In this document: positions 24,814 through 39,129 of the stretch, piece after piece
Layout of the letters: each line of letters starts with the position of its first letter
How positions within the stretch are numbered: position 1 is the stretch's first letter
Origin: Vicugna vicugna
Taxonomy: Eukaryota
DNA: 64,000 nt
Assembly: GCA_013265495.1 (NCBI GenBank)
Contig: MU058423.1
Span: forward strand, 3,115,061-3,179,060
Reading direction: 5' to 3'
Notes under the pieces: generated by a model
Databases searched by the model: none
The model's input: the letters and a program-made list of their open reading frames with translations, nothing else
What the model was told of the DNA's origin: nothing
Made by a program: the position numbers and the translations under genes

Positions 24814-27800
24814 CATTAGTAAGTAAGACATGTGAAAACTAGAAGTTAACAACAGTATATCCATACAAAACAAAGAAGAATCTTCTTCAAATAAATATCT
24901 TTACCACAAATACTTGACCTTTTGGATTTAAACTTACACAACATTATAATGGAACCATCAATCCAAATGATGTTGCAGCCAACAACATTTAGTTATAGGC
25001 TGAATGGTATCATAAAAGCTACAAATTATTTAAAAGATATTTTACATAATTCTCATTGGAAATAGTGATAGCCAACTGGAATGCTATCAGCTACTCAGCT
25101 GTCCTTGAAGGGCATGGGGTGAGGCTGCCCTACAGAAGAATCTACCTTAGAAAAGTCATTCCAGTATCGAATGCCCAAAATTAAGCTCAAAATTCTCTAG
25201 TTTATGAATTTATTCTAACACACCTCAAATATATATAATTGCAAAACAGTCAAGGCCGGTTGGTTTATAAATTTTTTAGAAGATCATTAAATAGTAACAG
25301 AGTAATTTCATATCCCCTCTGTCTCTGTGAGAGAATAGAATTACTTCATTTGTTTAACCAGTTGGGCTGAAAACGAGGAACATACACAGAGTAGAAGACA
25401 AGCCAGGAAAATAGCCCTCCATTAAAAGACATCCCACATACAAAGTTCCTTTATTCTTCCTAATGGTCTATCTAATCGTATAAGCAGTACATTTCTAATA
25501 ACTATAAATATAGCACTGCTATCCTTGGCTGAAATGTTTTCATTTTTGTTAACAGATTAAACATTATAGCTTTAATTCCTCATTTTCTGCACAAACTCAT
25601 GCTACTTCAATTTATTTTAGTTTTTATATTTTTATTACTTTTTACTTTTCTTCTACACTTAATTTTTTCTTTACCTATTTTTGGTTTCTTGTGTTTATAG
25701 TATATCAACAAAAGCAAAGGAGGATTAAAATCTTGATGCTACATTATTTTTTAAAATTTAATACCAATTTTGCCCAAATCTGACTCTCCCTTCAAAGGGC
25801 TTACATACTATAAGGGATGGGATTCAGGACTTAAGATCAAAACAGGAGTGTTCTGCCTCTTCTCCGTGTGCTCTAATTTCTGTGGCTGTCGAATCTCTCA
25901 TTACAGACCTTAGCTCCACCTTCTATGTGTTCTAACTGGGAGTGGATCTTTCCCATTACCAATCCTAGCCAGCTCCCACAAACAATTTCCATCCATTCAA
26001 TTTAACACGTACATCCAGTTATTCTAGTTTACTTTGTAAAAGGGAAAGCGCAAAATGATCTTAATTTAAATTTAAATTTTGATTGGTAACTTAGTTTTAA
26101 AAGTAATTTAACCCCATATTATACCAAATTTAATTCTCTAACCCTCTGAGATGGGTTTTATTACAGAAGGGGAAACATGCTCAGTGACCCGCTTAAGATC
26201 ATATGATGGCAAAGCTGAAAAGTGAAATCCTGTCTTTAACCCCAGATCCAGTGCTCTTTCCACCACTCCACATTACCGCAAACTAGTCTTCGGAAAGATT
26301 ATTCCTAACAATTATACTTATCCAGTAAAATTTAAGAATTCAACATCATAATTGTATTCCTTTACAACTTAAGTGCGATAGTCTAATTCTTACATTAAAG
26401 TATTGATTATTCATAATAACAAGTCTGAACAAGAACATTTCTCAGTGAAATAGAAAACCAGAAAAACAGAATGATGAACCTGTTACACCCATCTTTCAAT
26501 ATCAGCAATTACCAATACATGATATGATTCTATTATCAATATATGCTTTGTCTCTACTTCTACCCTCACTTTCCAACTCCAGATTCTTCAAAGTACGTAC
26601 CAGAAAGCAAGTGACTTCATTGGTAAGTATTTTAGTTTGTATCTCTAAAAGATAAGGAGTCATTTTCAAAAAATATAATCACAATACTATCATACCTTAA
26701 AAAATAACAATAATTACTTAAAATCATTAATACATTTTTCAAAAGTTTAGAAACCAATCCTATTTCACTACCAGTCTCCATTTCTCTATACCCTCACAAA
26801 TGAGTTACAAAGTATTTCATAAAGCATTCTCATCTCTCTTAGGAGGTTTCTTTGTGTCCAAAGATTTATTTCATTTCAAAATTACAAACTCGCTGTGCCA
26901 CAGAAACTCCTCCAGAGATAGATGAGGACCTCCAGAATGAAAGAACCAGACGGATAAAACATTACATGCTAATTGTTTACAAGAGTAGAAAAATAACCTA
27001 TACTAGGCCATGACTCCTAACACAAGGGATAGAAACTATTACCTGCAACCAGTTGGTATACATAAGGTTGATTTAACAGCACTGATGGAACCAGAGATTT
27101 GTTTGGTATAGTCTTACTAAAAAGTTAAGAATTTTAAATTTCTTTTGGTGAAGTCCTGTATCAATGTATAACCATGTTTGACCTATGCTGTGTCATGGCA
27201 AAAGGATGGATCAAAGACCTTCCTATAGGCAAAGGTACAATCCACTCCTCCTTATCTATTGCTCTTAAAGCATTAAAAAGTATACTACTCTTGAAAATGT
27301 TTTTAGTGAGACAGATGAACATCTTACTAGGTTCATCTGGTGGTTATGTCCAATGAAGTTCAATGGACATTCTATCAAATGTAGACTGGGAGCCAGACAA
27401 CATGCTGGGCATCATGGCTGCTCCAAGAGAGCTAATGGCCAAAGAAGGGTGTGGGAAGGGAGGAGGAGACAGACAAATACAAGTTGGTGCTAAGAAAAAG
27501 ATATGGACAGGATATGTGAACACGTGGAGGGCACACAGCTGAACTATGGAGTTTAGAAATGGTTTCCAGGAGGAGAACATTTCTGAGCTGAATCTTAGAT
27601 ACTGGGTAGAACTGGCTAAACAAAGAAAGTGGGAGGGGCATTCGAGTCATAGGATGTAGCATGAGCAAAGGCACTGAGACACGTAGAGGGAACCACAGCT
27701 CAAAGTGCAACATAAGAACTGGAAGGAAGAAAGAAGGAATAGGGAGAGGCCAGATAATGGAAGATCTTGTGTACTGTGTTAAGCTTGGCTCTGCCCCACA

Positions 27801-29031
27801 GGTGACTATGAGCCCCCACAGGGTCAAGCAGAGGCTGCATGATTAACTGGGTTTTTAGACTGAGCCCTGCAGAATGGAGAATGGAGGGAGTCTAGAGAAG
27901 ACCACAGGGGCCTGAACTGCAGCAGTGGTGGGGAGGATCTAGATGGAAAGATGAATCTGAGCAATATTTAGGAGGTAAAACTGGCAAGACCTCACATTGG
28001 ACACAGAATAGTGAGAAGGGAAGAAAGTACACACAGTAACTCCCAGGTTTCTGGAACTATGCCCAAAAAGATAGAGTGAGAGCATTTCTATTTAAGGATC
28101 ATTTTAGTTATGGTGAATGTCTTCCATTTTCTTTTATTTGAAACTTAAATTTTTAATGGAAATGCCCTCAGCTTACCCATATAAACTTCCTTGGCACCAT
28201 GCTCTAACAGAACCATCTGCTCCAAAGGACAATAAATCTCCTCACTATTCCCTAAACGTGCGTAAGACATCTAAAATTTGGCAGCAAATGCCTTCACTCA
28301 TTAGAGATTTGAATACTATTCAATGCTACAAGTTCTGATGTTTATTTAATATTAACTTATAACAAGTTTGATAAACAGTCTATTAGTATCTAATCACCTT
28401 ACTAGTAATTATAGGTTTTCCATTTTAATACTTGTTCATTTTACAGTTCAGTACAATGACCAGAACTTCCAAATAAATGTTAAATAATGATGATGCAGGT
28501 ATTCTTGCTGTTCCTAAATGCACCAAAAATGTCATTAATAATTTATTACTAAATATTAAACTATTAGTTTATCATGTTTAGAAAGTACTCACTCATTCCA
28601 ACATTAATACTCATTTTTTTAAAGCTCATTTATAAAAGATCACCATTTAAAAAATATAACAAAAAAATCAGGTCATTCCAGCTGACCACATTACAAAATC
28701 CATCTTTTACCTTCAAAGAATGAGAAATATTTTATTTTTATATTTGCATTATATAAGAAGTAACAAAATATGCAGTAACTATTCATAAACTCTCCCACAG
28801 AACATTGATAAATAAACTATAGTATATAATTGGGCTCTACTACCATCTTCCTATAGAAAGGATACAAAAACTTACAACAACCACAACAAAAAGAAAACAC
28901 TTTATAAGTTACTAACTATGGCTGATATATTTTTAATATTTTCAAATTTAAATCTGAAACGATCATAGTTAATTTAAATACGTGTTTAAATAAGGATTAA
29001 AAATTACCCACTAAGAAAGCAGTAGTCTTAC

Positions 29032-29087
29032 CTGTAACGAACATGAAAAGAATGGTCTTCCCTCATGCTTATCAAGTTTTCCTCCAT
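29032..29087 (-). CDS. GPSM2: GPSM2 coding part of exon 2 (start codon)
   Basis: ATG at 29087 gives MEENLISMREDHSFHVRY(R), then donor AG|GTAAGA; phase 2 fits exon 3. Confidence 0.95.
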
Positions 29088-29336
29088 CAAGTCATATTAT
29101 AAGCTGAGTATAATATGAAATTATTTTATTTTGTACCAATTCAGTTCTTTACAATGTAGAATTGCTGCAGAACATTGTCCGGTTAGTATATTAATGAGTT
29201 GGTGTTAATACACCCTAAGCTCCTGCTTCTTCTTTATTAATAATGAAAGGAGGTCAATGTCAGACAGCATAGAGGTTCAAAATGTGTCCCAAATCCTTGC
29301 ATCTCTGGCCCTTTCAGCAGCACTTCAGCAACATTT
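29088..29336 (-). other. GPSM2: GPSM2 5' UTR portion of exon 2
   Basis: Polypyrimidine acceptor tcttgtattccttttgcag ending at 29337, contiguous with the ATG at 29087. Confidence 0.8.
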
Positions 29337-30726
29337 CTGCAAAAGGAATACAAGATGCTTTGCTTGAAGTCCTACTTTCAAAGAATAACCTAAAGTAATT
29401 CCAAGCTCTACATGATCACACAACTAACTCCACAGACTGCTGTCATGGCAATTATGGGAGAAAAACCTCAGGGGGCTCACCACTTAGAGGGCTTTTAACT
29501 GAGGATGTGAATGCATGGTATTTATTGGAGAACCGTAGTTTAATTTTAAAAACTGGTTTGAAATACAATAATTTTATGTAATATTTTCATTATAAACAAA
29601 TATAGACGAATTTGTATGATATTAGTATCTTAAAACAAAATTATAATACTTGATTTTAAAAACTACTATTAACAAGTAAAATGAAAACTCAATAATTCAT
29701 CTGAACAAGTCAATTCTAACTGTAAATTTATTTCTTCAAAGAAGATATTTGTGCTGATAATTAGATTATCTTATATTCATTTGCTCTCAATGTATATTCT
29801 ATTTAAACCCATTAAAGTATTTTAAATGTTTTCACTGAGTAAGTACAAAAGAAATTTAGGGAATATGTGTATAGTAGAATGACCCAACAAACAGTTATAT
29901 ACCACCACCCACTTTGATAGAATAAAGAACATCATCACTGCCTTTGAAGTCTCCTGGGTGCCTCAGCCTAACACATCACCTTCCTTTCCCCTCTACAGTG
30001 ATCTCTAAACTGAATTGTGTTCATTATTCCCTTGCTTGTCTTTATAACTTTGCCACAAATGTCTGTATAGTCTTAAATAATATACTGTTTAATTTTGTAT
30101 GTTTTTGCTCAATATTCTTTCTGAGATTCATCTTGCTTGTTGCACACAGCTGCAATTTGCATATTTTTATTGCTGTATCATATTCTGTCCTATACCAAAT
30201 GTATTTTTCATTCTACTGTTGATGGACCTTTGGACTGTAATATTTTGGATTTTTTGCTCTATTAGAAGTATTGCTATGAATGCTGAAGTTAACAACTCAA
30301 TATACTGGTTAAACAGGACAACAGATAAACTAAAAAGAGAATGAGTGAATTAGAAGAATATCTGAAGAAACTACACAAATAGATAAAGACATACACAAAT
30401 AGATAAAGAGATGGAAAATACTAAAGAACAGTTTAAAGAAAAGGAAGACAAAATGAAAGGCTTTAATTTAACACAGGTCTAACTACAGTACCATAAGGAA
30501 AAACAGAAAGAGGAACAAAGGCAAAATGTTCAGTATAAAGACTGAGAATTTTTCAGAATTGAAGACAGACTATTAATTAGCAGATTGAAGAAGCACACTA
30601 AGTCCTAAGTGGGATAAATAAAAATGAATCCATACCCAAATATATCACAGAGAAATGCATATCATCATATATAAAATATAACCTTTAAGGTAATAGTTGA
30701 GAGAGACAAGTAAGGTAAGATTAAGA

Positions 30727-30772
30727 TGTGTGTGTGTGTGTGTGTGTGTGTATTATATATATATATATATAT
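30727..30772 (+). repeat. Compound microsatellite (TG)n(TA)n
   Basis: Direct reading. Confidence 0.95.
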
Positions 30773-32537
30773 AGTCTGGGAATCTCAGTGTTATAAACAA
30801 CCCCACAGGTCAGTTAGTACCACATATTACTACAACATTCCCAGAAAGGTCATAAGGAAGCTAATCCTAATTTTGAATAATCGTTTTCAAAAAGTTTCAA
30901 GAAAGTTGTTCCGTACTTTGAGCAATTTTTTCCATTTCTACCCATTTCTTCCTTCTGCTGCCATCCAATAAAGCCGAATTCCTTTTCCACATAACATACT
31001 TTTAAGTATTTCAGCTATAAAACAAACCAAACTCTGAATAATGCACACCCACAAAATACACTTAGACAGAGGTTAGTGGGGAACAGAGCAGGCAGAAGGA
31101 GGACAGTGGGAAGCGGCGAGCATCAGCCTTGGGAATCCTGACAAGATTCCTAGAGGAAACGAGGTTTTCATGTTAACAAGCAGTTTGGCACATAAGAAAC
31201 ACAAAATATTATCCCTCTTGACCCCTCCTTTGGCCAGCAAAGGAAGCAGTATCTTAAGAAAGGATGAAAAGATAGGTAGCAGTTATTAATCCAACAAATC
31301 TCTTTTTCTTTTGTTCAGAATTCCATCATGCCTCTTTTCCCCTGAAAAGCATTAAGGGTATTAGTGTAGATATTCACAGCAACAGCTCCAAAGTGCATCT
31401 AAATCACACAACAACTCAACTGTCAACTAAAGTGGCTTTCACTACCACTTTGAGGTTTAGGTTCTTATTTATAATATGGGCAGGAGGTGAGGTATTAGAA
31501 TTAACTTAAAATTAAGTTAAATTATAATTTAATTGAAATATTTTTCAGCCATATCATAACAAAATCTAAAAATTCATCATTTAAAAAAATGTTAACTTCA
31601 TACTTATTAAAATGTAAGCATGTAATTAAATTAACAAATGGATATAAATGGAGCTGCAAAATACCTTACTTGATTAGGACTGCACACAGAACCATTAAAA
31701 AAAACTTAAAACAAGCAAGACAGAATGCTATTCACCATTTTACCAAGGACAATTTAGAATATGGTCTTACTTTTTTCAAAAGAACAGTACCCTCAAGTCA
31801 TTCTTAAATTTCAATCTCCCTAAAAATTAAGCAGCATTTCTTATCTTACAATTATTCACTAAACAAACAAGCAATTCTTGATTCAGTGAGTCACACTACA
31901 AAAACTCTCTAACCAACTTAGTAACAATGTGTTCATTCATGTTCCACATGGAGTTAACAAACCCACTGCATATTTAACACCTAGTTTATATATTACTAGT
32001 GTAACACTAATAACATTTGCAACAAATATTAAATTATGAATTGTTCATTAAGATAAGAAAATTTAATGATAGGACAAGGAAATGGAATGGAATATATAGG
32101 TTTGAAAGAATATTAAGAAGTCTTCAAGTCCCCACTAGAACGTAAATAAATAATAATCTGCAAGGAACACATGTATCCTTAATAGCATCTCCCAGGTTTT
32201 AAAAAACTTCTCTGCTAACAAAGCTGTTGGCTCACAGCATCTTTTGGTCTGACTATAGATAAAAAGAAAGCAATAATCATTTTCTATACCCTAAAAACTG
32301 ATAAAAGCACATAGAAAGATCAACTAGTGCATAACTCTGATTGCCTCACATTTAATTATCTGATTAGGAAGTCAAAATAGGCAGACTCCCGGTACACACC
32401 TAGGTGGACTTCCAGACACTGTCCAAGGTATGTAATCAGAGTAAACAATAAAACCTAGCCCTGCTTTACTCCGCTGGCAGTAAAGTTATCTTCAAACTAG
32501 GTGACTGGGAAACATAGGGGATAGACAGTTACAATTA

Positions 32538-32752
32538 CAGCTGACCCTTGAAATGGGGTTGAACTCCACAGTCCACATATGTGGGGAATTTTTTCAATAA
32601 ATATGTACTACAGTACTACATGATCTACATGTTGGTTGAATCTGCAGATGCAAAACTACAGATATGGGGGACCAACTGTAAAATTATATGTGGATTTTCC
32701 ACTGTGCGGGAGGTCAGCACCCCTAACCCGCACATTATTCAAGGGTCCACTG
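32538..32752. mobile_element. Tigger2-family MITE
   Basis: TIRs cagctgacccttgaa / ttcaagggtccactg, preceded by TA. Confidence 0.8.
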
Positions 32753-34583
32753 TGTTTCTTTTGTCTTTGTTTCAATTTATCCAAACTATCTATTCCTGAC
32801 TACAACTTAAACGCCAGTTACCTTTGGTCTGATTTTTTCATTTAGTATATCTATAAACTGGTAACACTATCACATAATAAATATAACTTACTTTTCTTGC
32901 CTCCCAGGTTAGATAATCTAAATTCTTTAAACTTCTCTTATCCTATTAACTTCCTCTAAGGTACAATGCTCAAATTACCCAAATCCCTCTCAGTTGTAAT
33001 GTTTCAAGTCAGATACCGTAGCCCTTTGTCAACTACAGCTGGCATAAATATTAAGGAAGAATCAAGAACATACTTAAAATAAAGTTATTTTATATTAGAA
33101 TTCAGGGTATATGTTATAGTAACAAACACACATCACAGTACTAATGGGGGTAGCAAAGTAAGATGCCAACACATCCACTTCTAAAATAAACTCAAGTAAC
33201 TACCCTAGGTAAACTGGTTATTTTCTGCCAAATTATGTACCTGTAGGTAGACACTAATTTATTTGTAGATGGACTAAATATGTCCTGTCACCTAATCCAA
33301 ACATCTATTTCTAACTGCATTTTACCTGAAAGATACAGTGGAAACAAGATGGCAAGTATAAGGAACAATGCATGCAAAACAAAAGTAGGAAGGTAAAACC
33401 AGGAAGTTTACATAGAAGAATATAAGAGTATAAAAAAGCAAACGGTGTAGTAAAGTCCAACAGAGAGTTCAGAGCATGATTTTAGTGTGGCAGGCAGACA
33501 TCAGAATATAAGACTAATGTGGAAAACTAGTGTTCAGAACAAGGGAATAGGACCAAAAATGTCTGGGTACTTGATTAAGTAATCTGGCTGAGTACCTACA
33601 GAAAATTGAAAACAGTGCCCATTGACTAGATATGAGAGGCAAAGGTCAAGCAAGGACAGAGAACTTATGAGACTTCCAGTTTTGAGGACAGGCTGAACAG
33701 GAGCAAGGCACAGTGACTGACAAATTGGATTGCAAGAGTGATAGTTTAGAGAGGGAAAAATGGAATACTCATATTAAACTTGTACTTGGTAAAAGTGCTA
33801 TCTTCAGAAATAATGGCTGAAAGAAACAAAGATACTGAGCTTGAGATAACCTGAAATCAGACAAAATCTGATAAATGGGGAAGGATGGAGTGGGGAGAGA
33901 GGGAGTGACTGATAATTCTTAATTTTTGCACATCTTTAAAACTAAAAAAGTTTTAAAGTACAATGAGATATAAATGTCAAAAACCGCGATGTCAGTGACA
34001 AAATTAAAGAGACACTGCAATGGGAGAAAAAAGCAAAGCATAAAAGTTCTGATTCTTTAGTCAACACAATCTCTAAACCAATAATATAATCAAACTATTG
34101 CATAATACTATGAACTAAAGATAACTCAAGATGATCTGCGTGTGTATCTATCTGTATCTACAGTGCTGAACATAGTTTTAGTACTAATAACTGTCACACA
34201 TACCAAATGTAAATTACTTCACACGATCCCAAATTAATAAAATAAACAATCATAGTGCCGAGTAAAGCAGATTGCTCCATTTTCTATCATTCTGGAGAAA
34301 TGAGAATTTACTACAGATTATTCTGTAACAACTGTATCAGTAAAGTTTTCCTTTAGTAAATATATAATCCTAAAGTATGCACTCCAATTAAGGTTATATC
34401 TTAATTTATTCTTAATCTTTAGGTCTGCAACAATACATATAAGTCTGTAAAATGTTAGGCCAAGTTAGGTTAGAAAACAAGTGTAACTAACAGTGTAACT
34501 ACTAACTAAACACGTTTTATTATAAAGCTCTTCTAATAAGTTGTTTGTGACTATGGAACAGCTAAATAAATTGAATAAATTCA

Positions 34584-34651
34584 TTGTGCTGAACACTGGA
34601 ATTTGACACAACACTGTAAAATGATTATGAATCAATAAAAAATGTAAAAAA
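34584..34651 (+). mobile_element. Very short (~70 nt) L1 3'-terminal insertion
   Basis: gtgctgaacactggaatttgacacaacactgtaaaatgattatgaatcaataaaaa flanked by the direct repeat aaattgaataaattca. Confidence 0.75.
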
Positions 34652-37600
34652 AAATTGAATAAATTCAAAGGATAGATTAGAATAATGGTTCCAGATTCCA
34701 AGTAAATCTGTATCTTAAAGTCACACACCAGTCAGAAGGGTTCCCATGTGCATTTGAAATGAATCCTCCTAGGTCATTTGGAAAAACAGCAAATACATGC
34801 AACGTAAAGGCACTATTAATTTTAAACTCTCATATTTATTCTTGGCAGATTTAAAAAAGAAAGAAAGAAAGAACTTCAGGTCAGGAGCTGTGGATACTGA
34901 AAAGGTAAAATAATGAATGCAACCATTTCAGAGTAGTGTAACCCCAAAACAATATAAAATAAGAATTCCTTTTCATATTTTTGAATGTTTACACCTAAAA
35001 GCTCACCATTCTAAACAACTCTATGTAAACTTCCTTTCTCGGTGAAGAGTAAAGTACTTATATTTTTAATCCATCACATAAAGCTAAAAGGATGTCAAAG
35101 ACTATGTTTCCTAGATAACCAAAATACTTAATAAAAGCCACATATGCAATTTCAAATTAGATAAATACTAAAAGAAAATGTAATCTAGAAGAAAGAGATT
35201 TGAATATTTCAAGCCTTCATCTTAGTACTGCTGTTAAACAGTGAGAAAGGACCAAGCGTATGAGTCTACCTCAATGAGACATGCTGAATGTTTGTAGTTC
35301 AACAGGAGTTTCCAAAGCTCTCTCACAAAGCGCTACCAAGATAATCATTACTGCATGGTAGTCTCTTAGTATCTTAGGGTTTGGCAGCCCATGATAAATC
35401 GGAAAGAAGTTGAATATTTTCCTGGGGAAGGTGATAAACCAGAAAGGGGCTGTTTTTAGATTACACATGGAGCCAATCTGAATTATGCCCGTTACTATAC
35501 TAATCATTAAAACTGCTGGTATGAAATTACAGTCCTTAGTGATTACAATAATTCAACAGAGGATGAAGCAGTTGCTTAAAAATTTCAAGGCCAAAAGGAA
35601 GATTACTTTTATGCAACATCTTTAATCTTGGTTACCTTTTTCCCCTGCTAAGCAATTAATGAAACAAAAGTCCTACTCCGACAAGATTACTTACTTATTT
35701 TAAGAGTATAAATATGTCCAACTAAAGGGAAAAGGTCTTACATATGTTCATTAGAATAAAATTTGTATTTTTCTCCTTATTAGTTTTATTTCTCCTCAAA
35801 CTAAAGCTCAAAGTTTACAAGTAATGTTGATTTTCCCTCCTATAAAACAATTTTAAACAAAGATTGTCCTTTTAATCCAATAGTAAAATTAATAACCTTT
35901 TGGAAGAGTTTCAATTAGACACATAAGAAAGGCGATTTTTAGTTAATTATTATAAACACATAAAATTGGAGGTATACCGTATTTTAACATCAAGGTTACA
36001 AAAGACACACAATGATAGTTTTTTTTAAATTCTAAATTTTAATCAACCCCAATTATATTTCCAGTACATTCCAAATGACTACACAGATTATGAGGCCAGG
36101 AGCGCACAAGAAAATGTTTGCAATCTAAAAACACCAACATACACTAAGCCCAACTTCTAAAAAAAACACACAAAAATTCAAACCTAAATATATGTATTAG
36201 TCCTCGCCCTTTCCAATCAGTAATCTTTTGTTAACAAAGAAACAAATTATTGGATAAACATGATCTTATTAATAGGAGCTCAAAGAAGTAAATTCAAAAT
36301 AAACATAATCTTATGAAGAAATTACTGTCAGAAAAAAAGAGAAATACTTATTAGTAAACAATGGGGAGAACACAACTTTGAGAAACAGTGGTCATCAAGT
36401 CACCAGAAAATATGAGCCACAGCCCTTTATTGCTACCAATGTTGGTTTAAGCCATCAGCTTAAATCAATTAACATATGTATGGAAAACAATAATGAAGGA
36501 GAAAAGAAATGGTCCTTTCTACTGAGCATTGTTCTTGAGTTAGTAAATGACAATGTATCAGTCATCTTAACAGAAGTATTTTGAAATGGCAAAACTGGTT
36601 TCAACTACACTTTTAAGCAGAAATAAATCCCAAACGCAAAAGGATAATAAAGGCCTAAAAAAAAAATCCCCAGAGAGTTTGAATTTCGAACCCTTCATAG
36701 GAAAATACACTGTTTTCTCCTTCCAAAAGTTATCACCATTCTGTGGAAAAATGTTTCTGCTCAATTCAGTAATGTTACGAGACCACATGAGAAGAATAAC
36801 TCTAAATAAAGGACCGAGGAAAGCTTTTTGGAAGCGAGGACATCTGTACTGCGCCTTGAAGGATGGGTAAATCTTATTAGGCTAATCAAGAAAAGGCACT
36901 CCAGTCATGGGAAATGGCTCGAGTAAAAGCAAGGAGGTGGGGATGCAGAGCAAGTGGGCACAGGTGGGTTAGGAGTAGGAAAGAGAAATCTAAGAAGGTA
37001 CTAAATTGTGAGGGACTCTATGCATGTGGCTGAAGCAGTACTTGGCCTTGCATTCAGATAAAGAGGAACCTTGGAATTTTTTCAACAAAGGAATAGCAAA
37101 GTCAGATCTGTGCGTTAGGAAGATAAACTGGCAATATAGGGCAGGACAGGACAGATGAAAGTCACTGCTGAAACTCCAGAAACCACTACTGAATAGGAAG
37201 CCCTCTCTCCTCATCTCACAACTCCAAGCAAACTGGTTTGCACATAATCGATGTTAGCAAACTTTTTGGATTTCTTGCCTGGGAAGAAGATGATAACTAT
37301 GAAGCAGCAAGGAATCCTGTAACAGCGAGAAAACCAGACTTTAATATATTTCTGCTCTATGCTAAAGAATATATTCATATTCAGCTAAATAACTCAGGAA
37401 AGTCTAACTCTAAATTTTTTACTGTTTTTATACAGATGATAAAAGGGATATTGAAAGTGTTATGTGATTTATAAAGTACTGACAGGAAGACAGCTGTCCT
37501 GAAAGAAGGGTTGAAATATCTATGCATAGTTCACGACAAAACAGCACAGCACATACAGGCATCTAAAAGGAAGGATTATGTCTCTACAAATGGAATCCAA

Positions 37601-38313
37601 AGACCTGGAGGAGATTTAAACAAACACACTGAAGCAATTCAGCATGTGCTTTGGGATCAGGCCATGGTCTGAATCTCAGCACAGTGACTTATTAGTTATA
37701 CGATCTTGAGCTAGTTAAATTCTCAGTGCTGGTTTGGGCATAACGATATCTATCCAACATGTGTCATGATGATGATTAGAGATATGATTTATAAAAAGCA
37801 CCTCAGTGCCTGGCTCTGATACTTAACAAAAGTACTCAGTATGGTAGTAATAATGATAATTGCTATTGTTATTATAAAAAAGAACATGTCTATTAGAATC
37901 AACTTGAATACTAGTCTTAATCTATGTCAGGTTTTCAATTTAAAAATTTCAGAGGACTAATTACCAAATTTTTATCTTTTAGGTAAATCTTAGAAATAGT
38001 TTATGCTTAAGAACAAGGCCATTAAAAAAACTACTATATCCCACCTTTGCTTTAATTAGCCTAGTACCAAGTCTGAGATTTATATTAAAATGTAATATTT
38101 GTAACACTGTCTGGTTTAATAACAGAAGGAAATACAACCAAACTGCTTACCTAGCCAAAGAGGATTTGGAGGGAATGCCTCTACACCAGTAACACACAAC
38201 TTTTCACATTGTATCTGCTCCACTCCTTATATTATAAATAATGGCCTGAGAAAGAGTTTGCCAGACGGAATCCATGGTAATGCGCAAAGAAGAGCAGGTA
38301 TGAGACTACCCCG

Positions 38314-38356
38314 AGACAGACAGACAGACAGACAGACACACACACACACACACACG
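38314..38356 (+). repeat. Compound microsatellite (GACA)n(CA)n
   Basis: Direct reading. Confidence 0.95.
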
Positions 38357-39129
38357 CGTCAACCAACAGCGATCCTCCCTTTTTAACGTTGCTTACTGAC
38401 AATTAACCAAAGATGCTTCTTGAATAATGACAAGAAAAGCAAAAGTGGAATTTATCAGGTAATCACATTGGTGGTTATCAGGCCGCAAATCTTCTGTGCA
38501 CCCTTCTAAAGTGGCAGCTTTAAAATTCAGCTTCCCACACACGCCACCAGACTCCGATACAAGCCGACCGAAAGGAAAGCCAAGAATCTACTTCATTTAA
38601 CTCCACAAGAGGGTTAAATTATGCATTAAGGAAAATAAAATTTCCATCCCTACTCGTTTTCTTTGAGAGTTCAAATGATACCAGTTAAAATGAGCTCACT
38701 GGTTATCACTGATACAAAGAAAGGACAAATTTTCTGTCTGTTACTATTCGAAGATATTCTATAGGTTTTCAGGAAAGGGCTTTCTTAACATTCCGCGTTT
38801 GCGAAAACCTTCTGCAGCAACTACCCATTTCTACGGTAAATCGACAAGTTGGTGCCTCAAAGTTCATGAATTTCAAAATGGTAAGTGCAGGTGTCTGACA
38901 AAGACTACCCGCTTTAGACAGCAAACTCACGACCACACGCGAACGCGATCTGCCTCGGATTTAATTAATTCCACAGGGTTTCGGATTTTTAATCTACTGT
39001 TTGTTTCTTACACTCAGAATACATGAGAAGTCGTTGTGTTCTATCATACTTTTTTATTAAAAAAAAAAACTAAGGAATGAAGCTCTTAAGATTTACTCTC
39101 ATTTTAAAATCTCCAACCTGAAAGCAACT

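Noticed and set aside
30372..30411. 20-nt tandem duplication tacacaaatagataaaga(c/g)a
   Set aside because: Ordinary slippage inside an old L1 fragment; no functional context
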